This document shows positions 18,705 through 26,744 of a stretch of 43,252 bases of DNA, piece by piece; position 1 is the first letter of the stretch; every line of letters begins with the position of its first letter. Source of the stretch: Candidatus Woesearchaeota archaeon. Lineage in GTDB: Archaea; Nanobdellota; Nanobdellia; Pacearchaeales; GW2011-AR1. The notes under the pieces were generated by a model. The model was not told where the DNA came from, did not search any database, and worked only from the letters and a program-made list of their open reading frames with translations. A program made the position numbers and the translations under genes. The stretch is taken from assembly GCA_964530285.1 (NCBI GenBank), contig CAZGZN010000001.1, positions 1 through 43,252 on the forward strand, written 5' to 3'.

Positions 18705-20192
18705 ATGATAAAAAAGAGAATGATAAAAAAAGATTCCAGAACTGCGAAACTTTTAACGACGCTGAATAAAAAACAAAAAGCATATGTTAATCTGAATCTT
18801 AAGGGAATAAAGAATGGAGAATATTTACTTGCAGTGTTTCATATGCTTCCTGGGAAAAACCTTAATCATCTCCAAGCAGCTGCTGAGATTGCAGCTGAAT
18901 CTTCCACAGGAACCAATTTTCCAGTAAGAACAGAAACTGAGTTCTCAAAAAAACTCAACGCCATTGTTTACGACTTGGATTTAAAGAAGAATTTAATAAG
19001 AGTAGCATATCCCTGGAGAATCTTTGATAGGAAAGGGAATGTACAGAATATACTTACATTCTTGGTGGGAAATGTTTTAGGAATGAAAGAAGTTTCAGCA
19101 CTGAAACTTCTAGATGTGTGGTTCCCCCCTGCAATGCTCGAACATTATGACGGACCAAGTTATACTTTAGACGATATGAGAAGATATCTCCAGGTTTATG
19201 ATAGACCAATTTTAGGAACAATTATTAAACCCAAAATAGGACTAACAGCTGCAGAGTATGCAGAAGTTTGCTATGACTTTTGGGTTGGCGGAGGAGACTT
19301 CGTAAAGAATGATGAACCTCAGGCAGATCAAGATTTCTGTCAGTTTGATATAATGGTAAAATATGTAAAAGAAGCAATAGACAAGGCAGTAAAAAAAACA
19401 GGAAAGAAGAAGGTTCATTCGTTTAATATTTCTTCTCCAGATTTTGACGAGATGATAAGAAGATGTGAACTAATTACTAACATGGGCTTTGAACCTGGAA
19501 GTTATGCATTTTTAATTGATGGAATAACTGCAGGGTGGATGGCTGTTCAGACATTAAGAAGAAGATATCCGAATGTCTTTATACATTTTCATAGAGCAGC
19601 ACATGGTGCATTCACAAGAGAAGAAAATCCCCTTGGATTTTCAGTTTTAGTTTTATCTAAATTTGCACGACTTGCTGGAGCAAGTGGAATTCATACAGGA
19701 ACAGCAGGAGTTGGAAAAATGGCAGGAAATAAAAAAGAGGATATTACTGCCGCAGAAAACATTCTTTCTCTTCTTTCCAAAGGACATTTTTTTGAACAAT
19801 CTTGGACAAGAGTCTCTGAAAAAGACCAAGACATTCTAGAACTAATTAAAAAGGATAGTGCAAGACACCTAAATTTAGAAAATGAAAATTGGAGAGGTAT
19901 GAAAAAATGCTGTCCAATTATTTCTGGAGGATTAAATCCCACATTATTAAAACCCTTCATTGATCTTATGGGGCATATAGACTTTATCACCACTATGGGT
20001 GCAGGATGTCATGCACATCCGGACGGAACCAAAGCAGGAGCTAGTGCTTTAATTCAAGCCTGTGAAGCATATCAAAAGAAGATAGAGATAAGAGAATATG
20101 CAAAAACCCACAAGGAACTAGCAAGAGCAATAGAATTCTTCACAAAAAACAAAACAAAAATTCAAAAAGCAAAAGAATTAGAAAAGAGTTAA
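18705..20192 (+). CDS. rbcL: RuBisCO large subunit, form II/III-like
   Basis: TIIKPKIGL, GGGDFVKNDEPQ (form II-like KNDEPQ, with K at residue 201), HFHRAAHGA, GIHTGT, GKMAG, QSW..GMKKCCPIISGG and GAGCHAHPDG. A ~30-aa insert lies between QSW and GMKK. Confidence 0.9.
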   Translation: MIKKRMIKKDSRTAKLLTTLNKKQKAYVNLNLKGIKNGEYLLAVFHMLPGKNLNHLQAAAEIAAESSTGTNFPVRTETEFSKKLNAIVYDLDLKKNLIRVAYPWRIFDRKGNVQNILTFLVGNVLGMKEVSALKLLDVWFPPAMLEHYDGPSYTLDDMRRYLQVYDRPILGTIIKPKIGLTAAEYAEVCYDFWVGGGDFVKNDEPQADQDFCQFDIMVKYVKEAIDKAVKKTGKKKVHSFNISSPDFDEMIRRCELITNMGFEPGSYAFLIDGITAGWMAVQTLRRRYPNVFIHFHRAAHGAFTREENPLGFSVLVLSKFARLAGASGIHTGTAGVGKMAGNKKEDITAAENILSLLSKGHFFEQSWTRVSEKDQDILELIKKDSARHLNLENENWRGMKKCCPIISGGLNPTLLKPFIDLMGHIDFITTMGAGCHAHPDGTKAGASALIQACEAYQKKIEIREYAKTHKELARAIEFFTKNKTKIQKAKELEKS

Positions 20193-20226
20193 TTGTCTAG
20201 TTAAATTGTATTTATATGCATAACTC

Positions 20227-20250
20227 ATATATATCCTATAAGATATATAT
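20227..20250. repeat. AT-only inverted repeat ATATATATC-ctataa-GATATATAT
   Basis: Read directly, 35 nt downstream of the RuBisCO stop. A terminator role is unproven. Confidence 0.4.
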
Positions 20251-20407
20251 TTAAGAGCATATATTACAGTTTAGAAGTAATTACAAATTCTTACGCAATA
20301 AACTCTCTGAAGGTGCTATATTTTGGGGTTTTAGGTGGTTGAAAGTGTAAGGTTCGCTTAAAGTCTGTTAGGCTCAATATTTTTCTGCGGAAAAATACTC
20401 TTCGCTC

Positions 20408-20812
20408 GATTTAGATTTTAGTTATACCCCCTCTGCCCGAAGGCAGTGCGAACGATACATTAATAAATCCAAAGATTTTATTTTTATTATGGCATTAAAA
20501 TTTTCTAAAGTAATCATAATCACTTTTGTCCTTATAATATTATCTATCCTAGCTTCGATATGGGGCGTTTATAATGCGACTGAATGTAGTTTAATAAAAT
20601 GTGCCGCTCCAATAGGAAATGGTTCAAATTGCCAACAACCTGCATTTTGCTCGGTTTATATAACCTCATTAATAACTCTTTACTTATTGAGTTTTGTTGG
20701 AATAATAATCTCGCTAGGATATTATACATATATATATAGAAAAATAAAATCTTCTAAACAAAATTAACTCGCACTGCCTTCACCCGCCCAAGAAATTGCT
20801 AAAATCTAAATC
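20408..20812. mobile_element. MITE-like non-autonomous cassette: 44-nt imperfect terminal inverted repeats, flanked by direct TTCGCTC
   Basis: GATTTAGATTTTAG (20408-20421) and GAAGGCAGTGCGA (20439-20451) are exact reverse complements of CTAAAATCTAAATC (20799-20812) and TCGCACTGCCTTC (20769-20781). Both pairs have an identical 17-nt spacer. TTCGCTC abuts both ends (20401-20407 and 20813-20819). Confidence 0.55.
20489..20767 (+). CDS. Small two-TM membrane protein with a 4-Cys loop (cargo of the inverted-repeat cassette)
   Basis: 92 aa with hydrophobic segments at ~7-25 and ~55-77. The loop is ECSLIKCAAPIGNGSNCQQPAFC. TTAATAAA lies ~22 nt upstream of the ATG. Confidence 0.5.
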   Translation: MALKFSKVIIITFVLIILSILASIWGVYNATECSLIKCAAPIGNGSNCQQPAFCSVYITSLITLYLLSFVGIIISLGYYTYIYRKIKSSKQN

Positions 20813-20880
20813 TTCGCTCGTCCTTTTAGCTCTATCGCTTCAGCTCTCAATTTTCTCTAAAAATTGGAGGAAGCTCATGA

Positions 20881-20919
20881 GAAAAGGGTAAACTAATACA
20901 GATTAGTTGAAATTTTTTC
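20881..20919. repeat. Hairpin repeat copy B: GAAAA-gggta-AACTAA-tacaga-TTAGTT-gaaatt-TTTTC
   Basis: Same architecture as copy A (71-106). The outer stem differs by a compensatory change (GAAAG/CTTTC versus GAAAA/TTTTC). Confidence 0.6.
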
Positions 20920-21041
20920 AGAAAGCTCCCCTAGTTAGAAAAGAAATTGTTTTACGATTAAAAAATATTTTTCTCTGAAAAATATGGGGGGTTGTGGGCA
21001 CGAAACGATTATTTTTTATTCGCCCAAAACCCTCTTAGATC

Positions 21042-22163
21042 TCATAACACCCCAACTAGCTGAACAATCATCCCCGCAAAAAGAATAATTGAAACCAGAA
21101 TAATAATCTTCCAATTAATAAAAACAGAATACTCTGGAACCCTAGCACACTTCTTTTTAGAATAAAGATTCATTAACAAAATAACTATTGCAGACAAACC
21201 CCCACAAACTATACCTATAACCGACAAGATCTGAATAAAAGAAACTAATTGAAAAAAATAAATAATCAAGAAGAAAACAAATGGAATTATAGCACATAAA
21301 AACCAAGACCAAAATCTTTTCATTCCAAAATCAAATCTGAATAGATCTCTTATCGAAATACTCAAAGAAAGAAAACAGGTGAATAATGTAACAATCCCTA
21401 ACAAAGCAAAAAATCTCCCCAATGCCAATGTAGCGACCTGAGGAACATCAACTCCAAAGTTTCCAACAATAATCAGAGAAAAAACTAAATAAAATATAAA
21501 TGGAATTAAAACACCGAGAAAAATAACTTTCTTCATCCAATTCTCTTTTCCCAATACAAGTCTTCTAGCAGAAGGAATAGCAGAAAAAGAAAAAAAAGAG
21601 AACATGACAACTCCCAATGGAACAAAAAGATTTATGGGATTTAAATAAGTCAGATTCTCTATTTGTATACCTCCTGAATAAAAGATCAAGATTAAAACTA
21701 AGAAAAACAAAATAATGAAAAATCCAATCTTCCCAAAATTTTTCAAAGCCCGTAGTCCAACAAAACTGAGACAAGAAACAAGAACCCAAAAAAAGATAGA
21801 AAGAACAAAAGAATAACTAGAACTACCAAAAAAAATATAAGAGAGACTTTCACCGCTAGCTAAAAGATATGCAACCAATGCTGAAAATATATAAAATGAA
21901 GAGATAACTAATACAAAAATCTTACCTTTTTTTCCAAGATATTTCTCTGCATACCCTGCAAGATGATGATTGCCATTTGTTCTCAAAACCACCTCCCCGA
22001 GAACTAATTGGATAAATAAAACAAAAAGACCAAATAAAACTAAATGAACTAATCCTATCAAAAAGCCAGACTTAGCAAAAACAAAAGGCATACCTAAAAA
22101 ACCTGCACCAATAGCAGAACCAGTAAGTAATGCAATAGGATTAATAATATCTTTTTTCACCAT
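21042..22163 (-). CDS. Amino acid permease-like transporter (Aa_trans / Trp-Tyr permease-like)
   Basis: ~11 hydrophobic segments. The N-terminus LLTGSAIGAGFLGMPFVFAKSGFLIG is typical of this family. ATG 22163 lies 24 nt downstream of the minus-strand CTTATAAAT. Confidence 0.7.
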   Translation of the reverse strand: MVKKDIINPIALLTGSAIGAGFLGMPFVFAKSGFLIGLVHLVLFGLFVLFIQLVLGEVVLRTNGNHHLAGYAEKYLGKKGKIFVLVISSFYIFSALVAYLLASGESLSYIFFGSSSYSFVLSIFFWVLVSCLSFVGLRALKNFGKIGFFIILFFLVLILIFYSGGIQIENLTYLNPINLFVPLGVVMFSFFSFSAIPSARRLVLGKENWMKKVIFLGVLIPFIFYLVFSLIIVGNFGVDVPQVATLALGRFFALLGIVTLFTCFLSLSISIRDLFRFDFGMKRFWSWFLCAIIPFVFFLIIYFFQLVSFIQILSVIGIVCGGLSAIVILLMNLYSKKKCARVPEYSVFINWKIIILVSIILFAGMIVQLVGVL

Positions 22164-22202
22164 CTCTAACAAAACAGGTAAGTTGAATTTATAAGAGTTT
22201 CG

Positions 22203-22922
22203 TCAATTTCTTACACCAAACCAAAATGGAAATTTTAAAGTAACCCTAGCAGAATAGTCTCCATGAAAATAATTTAATCCTAAATCAAGACTAGCTCCAT
22301 TGGATAAAAAATCTAGAGAATAATCTTTAGCCATTTCTACACCCCTTTTAGAAAACTTAAAGTTTAGACCGTGAAAGAGATCATGATTATTATGAGAATA
22401 AATTCTTGTCCTAATCCGAAGAGAATCATTTGAAGAAAGCTCCAGATTTGCCCTTAGATGATATCTAAATTTTTTAGAAGTTTTAAACGTAGTTGCCTCC
22501 TTTAGAAGATAAACACCCTCTTCAAGTCGCTTAAATATCAGAGGATATTTCATCACTGCAGCATCCCAACCAGAAACGAGAACCTGATTTTTTATAATGA
22601 AATCATCGTAATCATAATCTTCCCACGCATAAAATAGGGGATTTTTTTCTAATTCATTTTCTAATCCCGAACACCAAAGCTCTCCAAAATTAGGATTAGA
22701 ACTTCTCGTCCCACCCCTAGAAGAGGCCCCCTCCAACCTAGAAACAAAATTAACTATATCTCTTTTCTCTAAATATCTTTCTTCAACTGCTTTTGCTACA
22801 ACCCTTACCGCAGTCTCCTCCATTAGAAGAGGCCTGTTTAAACTCACCAAGCTCTCCTCAGAAGCATAAAGTCGAGAAGCAAGAAAAATAGATGACAAAA
22901 ACAAACTAATACTCTTCTTCAT
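22203..22922 (-). CDS. Secreted hypothetical protein with signal peptide
   Basis: N-terminus MKKSISLFLSSIFLASRLYASEE. The C-terminal part is rich in alternating aromatic/polar residues (..YSARVTLKFPFWFGVRN). Own TATA lies ~25 nt upstream. Confidence 0.55.
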   Translation of the reverse strand: MKKSISLFLSSIFLASRLYASEESLVSLNRPLLMEETAVRVVAKAVEERYLEKRDIVNFVSRLEGASSRGGTRSSNPNFGELWCSGLENELEKNPLFYAWEDYDYDDFIIKNQVLVSGWDAAVMKYPLIFKRLEEGVYLLKEATTFKTSKKFRYHLRANLELSSNDSLRIRTRIYSHNNHDLFHGLNFKFSKRGVEMAKDYSLDFLSNGASLDLGLNYFHGDYSARVTLKFPFWFGVRN

Positions 22923-22979
22923 AGTACTTAAACAAGGAGCCTTTTTAAAAGAATATGGGTTCTAAAATAATTTCAAAGA

Positions 22980-24425
22980 TTAGTCTATTTTTTTAAACAA
23001 AATCTCTCCTTTCCTGACGTTTCCACCTAATTCTTTATCTAAATTCTCTAAACTATTCTCTCCAACTTCAAAACCAAAATCACTAGCAACTCTTTCCATA
23101 GAAGAAGGCATAAAGCACCAAAGTAAAATCCCAATTATCTTAATAGAGTCTGCCAGTTCATAAAGAATTTTTTTATCATGTGTTTCCCATGGCTTTTTCT
23201 CTTGAACATATTCATTACAAGAATCAATAAATGCAAAAATCTCGTTTAGAACCTTATCAATCTCATAGTTATTAAAAAGTTTTTTTATCTTTTCTAAATC
23301 TAATTTGTTCTTTAAAGAATTCTCACATTTTTCCAATCCCTCTCTTTCAATTAAACCTGCAACTCTTGAAACCAGATTTCCTAATTTATTTGCAAGTTCA
23401 TTATTATGCCTATCAACTAAAGCTTTCTCAGAGAAATCACCATCTTCTCCTTCGGAAAAAGGAAACTGTCGACTAATAAAATATCTGATTGTGTCTGCCC
23501 CATATTTTTCCACAAGAGCCTTCGGAGAAATAGCATTTCCTAAACTTTTACTAATCTTTTGTCCATTAAAAGAAACAAATCCGTGAATAAAAACATTCTT
23601 TGGGAGCTCATAACCTGCTGATTTCAAGAAAGCAGGCCAGTAAACAGCATGGAACCACCCATTGTCTTTTCCGAGCAAATGAACACTCGCAGGCCAAAAT
23701 TCTTTTTCTTCTCCTGCACCAGTCAGATAGTTAAAAAGTGCATCAAACCAGACATATACTACGTGCTTTGAGTTTCCAGGAAAGGGGATCCCCCAATCAA
23801 AACTTGTTCTAGATATACTCAAATCATTCAATCCTTCCTTCACCCTTGAAATCATCTCATTTCTTCGACTTTCAGGCAAAATAATGGGGGGATTAGATTT
23901 AAACAAATCAAGTAGGAAGTTTTGGTATTTGCTCAACCTAAAAAAATAAGATTCTTCCTTCATCTTAGTAATAGGCTTATCATGATATGGACACTTTCCA
24001 TCCACCAAATCCTTCTCAGTTAAATAACCCTCACAGCCAACACAGTAATAACCTTCATATTCCCCCAAATAAATATCTCCATTTTTGTTACATTTCTCAA
24101 TGACTTCTTGAACTAATTTTTCGTGGTCTTCATCAGTTGTCCTGATAAACCTATTATACTGAATATTCAAAAGTTTCCAAGCTTCCTTGAATTTTAAAGA
24201 TAATTCGTCTACGAACTCTTTTGGATTTTTCCCAACATTTTCTGCTGTCTCTTGAATCTTTTTTCCATGTTCATCTGTTCCAGTCAAAAATAGAACATCT
24301 TCCCCCAGAACCTTATGCCATCTTGCCAAAACATCTGCAACTACCTTTTGATAGGTGTGCCCTATATGGGGCTCTGCGTTTGGATAATCTATTGCAGTAG
24401 TTATATAAAACTTTTTCTTTTCCAT
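22980..24425 (-). CDS. metG: Methionyl-tRNA synthetase (minimal, no C-terminal appended domain)
   Basis: HIGH motif EPHIGHTY, KMSKS motif KISKSLGN, and Zn knuckle CVGCEG..CPYH. Confidence 0.92.
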   Translation of the reverse strand: MEKKKFYITTAIDYPNAEPHIGHTYQKVVADVLARWHKVLGEDVLFLTGTDEHGKKIQETAENVGKNPKEFVDELSLKFKEAWKLLNIQYNRFIRTTDEDHEKLVQEVIEKCNKNGDIYLGEYEGYYCVGCEGYLTEKDLVDGKCPYHDKPITKMKEESYFFRLSKYQNFLLDLFKSNPPIILPESRRNEMISRVKEGLNDLSISRTSFDWGIPFPGNSKHVVYVWFDALFNYLTGAGEEKEFWPASVHLLGKDNGWFHAVYWPAFLKSAGYELPKNVFIHGFVSFNGQKISKSLGNAISPKALVEKYGADTIRYFISRQFPFSEGEDGDFSEKALVDRHNNELANKLGNLVSRVAGLIEREGLEKCENSLKNKLDLEKIKKLFNNYEIDKVLNEIFAFIDSCNEYVQEKKPWETHDKKILYELADSIKIIGILLWCFMPSSMERVASDFGFEVGENSLENLDKELGGNVRKGEILFKKID

Positions 24426-24496
24426 AAAAAGATCAATACTAGGGGGTATAAAAATCTTCCCTCAACACTTTTAAACCTTAATTGATTAATAAAAAT

Positions 24497-25078
24497 ATGA
24501 GAGAGTTTATTTATTATTCAAAAAATGCAGTTACTGCAGGAAACCTCATCAAAGATAATCTAATGCAAGCTGGCAGAATGGATATAGTTTGCAATGTTAT
24601 TATCTCTGCATTTTTTTTATCAAATGAAACAAGACAAGATACCAAACTTCATTTAATTTTTGAAGGACCTCCAAACCCCCCAGTTCATCTAATAATTGAA
24701 TACGACAAAGAACTTCCAATATCTAAAAAAGACATAGCTGGACTAATAAAAAGGATGCTTTACAAATGCCCAAAAGAAACAGGAAAAATAAATAAGATAT
24801 TTCCTGGATGTTTCATAGAAAAGAAGTCTTTTGAGACATTGGTGAAAGAACTTGATAAAAAAGGGAAAAATGTATTCCTATTAGAAAAAAATGGAGAAGA
24901 TGTGAGGAATAGAAAAATTAAAGGAGATGAGGTTTTTATTATAGGAGACCAAGACGGATTTCCAAAAGACAAAGATAAATTTCTTAAACAGATTGATAAG
25001 GTCTCTGTGTCCCCAAGAATGCTTTTTGCATCTCAAGTATTTACTATTCTCCATAATGAGATAGATAGAAAAAAATGA
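24497..25078 (+). CDS. trmY: tRNA (pseudouridine54-N1)-methyltransferase TrmY-like SPOUT protein
   Basis: MREFIYYSKNAVTAGN...AGRMDIVCNVIISAFFLS matches the TrmY/DUF358 N-terminal pattern. ATG 24497 lies 20 nt downstream of the TATA (the track TTG is at 24482). Confidence 0.65.
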   Translation: MREFIYYSKNAVTAGNLIKDNLMQAGRMDIVCNVIISAFFLSNETRQDTKLHLIFEGPPNPPVHLIIEYDKELPISKKDIAGLIKRMLYKCPKETGKINKIFPGCFIEKKSFETLVKELDKKGKNVFLLEKNGEDVRNRKIKGDEVFIIGDQDGFPKDKDKFLKQIDKVSVSPRMLFASQVFTILHNEIDRKK

Positions 25079-25109
25079 CTTCCTGAAAATTAAGAAAATA
25101 CCAACTTAA

Positions 25110-26111
25110 CTATTTCCATTTGACTTCCACCATATCTGTTCTTTCTTTTGGATCAAAATCCACCTTAGCCAAATCATTCACATTATAAAAAATTCCCTTC
25201 TTAAACATCTTCAACCCAAGATATGCAATCATTCCAGCATTGTCAACAAGAAACTGCCTCTCCGGACAAAAATATTTTGCTTTTCTTTCCTTGCACATTA
25301 TCTTACACATTTCTTGCAAACGCGAATTACACGCAACACCCCCTCCAAGAAGCAATTCACTTTTTCCTGTATGTGCTAAGGCTCTTTCTGCAGCCTCTAC
25401 AAGCATAGCAAAAACATGTTCCTGTAAAGAAAATGATAAATCGTCCAAACTCTCTCCGTTATCCAAAAGTTGCTTAAGTTTAGTTTGAACTCCAGAAAAA
25501 GATACATCCATTCCTTTTATAGAATAAGGAAGTTCAATAAGCTTCTTTCCTCTTTCTGCAGCTTCCTGTATTTTCGGCCCTCCAGGAAAACCAAAACCCG
25601 CATATCTTGCAAAGGTGTCTATAAAGTTCCCCACACCCAAATCCAATGTTTCTCCGAAGATTCTATACTTCTCTCCCTCATAAGCAATTATTTGAGTATT
25701 TGCTCCAGAAGCATAAATTAGTACAGGATCCTTCGCTCCAGTGGTTTCTCCAATTTCTAGATGAGCGATACAATGATTAACTGGAATCAAGGGAAGATTC
25801 ATCTCTTTAGAGAGTTTCTTCACAAATTCCATCCCAGCTTTCAAACATGGAGCCAGACCAGGAGATGCAGAGACAGCAACAGCAAATAAATCATTCTTCT
25901 CAACTCCAGTCTCATCTAGAGCTCTTTTAAATAAACTCTCTGCTATATGTTCATGGTGTTTTCCTACCTCTGTAGGAATCAGTCCTCCTTTTTCTGTGGT
26001 AAAAACATCTTTAATATTACAAAGAATTCTTTTAGTTTTCTCTTCGATTAAAGCAATGCCAAAAGTATGTGCTGTACACTCAACACCTAAAAGGTACTTA
26101 TCTTTCTCCAT
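25110..26111 (-). CDS. kae1: Kae1 / tRNA N6-adenosine threonylcarbamoyltransferase
   Basis: LGVECTAHTFGIALI, NHCIAHLEIG and GGGVACNSRL. Not fused to Bud32. Confidence 0.9.
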   Translation of the reverse strand: MEKDKYLLGVECTAHTFGIALIEEKTKRILCNIKDVFTTEKGGLIPTEVGKHHEHIAESLFKRALDETGVEKNDLFAVAVSASPGLAPCLKAGMEFVKKLSKEMNLPLIPVNHCIAHLEIGETTGAKDPVLIYASGANTQIIAYEGEKYRIFGETLDLGVGNFIDTFARYAGFGFPGGPKIQEAAERGKKLIELPYSIKGMDVSFSGVQTKLKQLLDNGESLDDLSFSLQEHVFAMLVEAAERALAHTGKSELLLGGGVACNSRLQEMCKIMCKERKAKYFCPERQFLVDNAGMIAYLGLKMFKKGIFYNVNDLAKVDFDPKERTDMVEVKWK

Positions 26112-26173
26112 TAAAATTAGACAGAACTAGAATATAAAAACCTTAGCAAAAAAACAAACTTAAAAAATTATTG

Positions 26174-26207
26174 AATGAACCCGCCCCCCCTAAAGAACGG
26201 GTTCATT
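26174..26207 (-). terminator. 10-bp GC-containing hairpin followed by T6 (minus strand)
   Basis: AATGAACCCG-14 nt-CGGGTTCATT. On the minus strand it is followed by a T6 run (26162-26167). Lies just downstream of the 48-aa ORF. Confidence 0.5.
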
Positions 26208-26241
26208 AATAAAGTATGAATAAATAAAAAGAACAGAAGAT

Positions 26242-26388
26242 TTATTTCTTCTTTTTCTTAGCTGTTGTTTTCTTCTTTTTCTTTCCGCCTCTAGCCATCA
26301 CAGCTTCACACACATTTCCCTTTCCATCAACATAGTAAAGGTGCCCTGGCTTCCTTTCAACAACATTTTTTACAATTACTTTTCCCAT
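26242..26388 (-). CDS. Small basic protein (48 aa), below the ORF-track cutoff
   Basis: My own translation is MGKVIVKNVVERKPGHLYYVDGKGNVCEAVMARGGKKKKKTTAKKKKK. Strong AAAGGAGGTAAAAA lies in front of the ATG, and a hairpin+T6 lies downstream. Confidence 0.55.
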   Translation of the reverse strand: MGKVIVKNVVERKPGHLYYVDGKGNVCEAVMARGGKKKKKTTAKKKKK

Positions 26389-26653
26389 TTTTTACCTCCT
26401 TTTAGCATCTGATTAAATCAAATAAAACCACTATTTAAATGTTTTGTTTTTTTCTCCGTCGAAGATTTATTATTTTCTAGTAGCTATTGTCCTAAAATTT
26501 TCATCTTCTCGTCGATAAGAGGCTATAAAAATCCCAATTTTTTATAAATGGGGTAAGATTAAAATTAAGACGAAATAAAGATTAACATTAAAAGAAAAAA
26601 TTTATTTCAAGGAGTGGGGCTCCAAAAAATTTGAATAAATAAAAACAAACAAT

Positions 26654-26665
26654 AAGATTTATAAA
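26654..26665 (+). promoter_or_regulatory. BRE/TATA-like motif AAGATTTATAAA upstream of S2
   Basis: Consensus motif, but 79 nt upstream of ATG 26745. This implies a ~55-nt leader containing the hairpin TCGGG..CCCGA (26691-26731). Confidence 0.45.
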
Positions 26666-26744
26666 CCCCTTTTCTAAACTAAATATATTATCGGGTGCAA
26701 AATTCGAAAGAAAAGTAGCATTTACTCCCGAAACTAATTATAAA

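Noticed and set aside
18705-20192. RuBisCO as evidence of Calvin-cycle autotrophy
   Set aside because: There is no phosphoribulokinase or other Calvin-cycle gene in the window. Form II/III and form III enzymes in archaea are known to act in nucleotide salvage, so no autotrophy claim is justified.
20351-20360. tRNA-like T-arm strings (GGTTCGCTTA here, GGTTCGTTC at 27625-27633)
   Set aside because: No acceptor, D or anticodon arms can be drawn around them. I could not build any tRNA cloverleaf in any intergenic spacer of the window.
20471-20484. AAAGATTTTATTTTT as the promoter of the 92-aa cassette ORF
   Set aside because: It ends only ~5 nt before ATG 20489, so a transcript from it would start inside the ORF. 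The weaker TTAATAAA at 20460-20467 has the right spacing. Promoter assignment for this ORF therefore remains uncertain.
20985-21030. G-run region ATATGGGGGGTTGTGGGCACG, considered as a G-quadruplex or as a second copy of the 28605-28661 hairpin (shares TATTCGCCC)
   Set aside because: There are only two to three G-runs, and I could not draw a convincing stem. The 9-nt match alone is weak, so it is noted only as possibly related to the repeat families.
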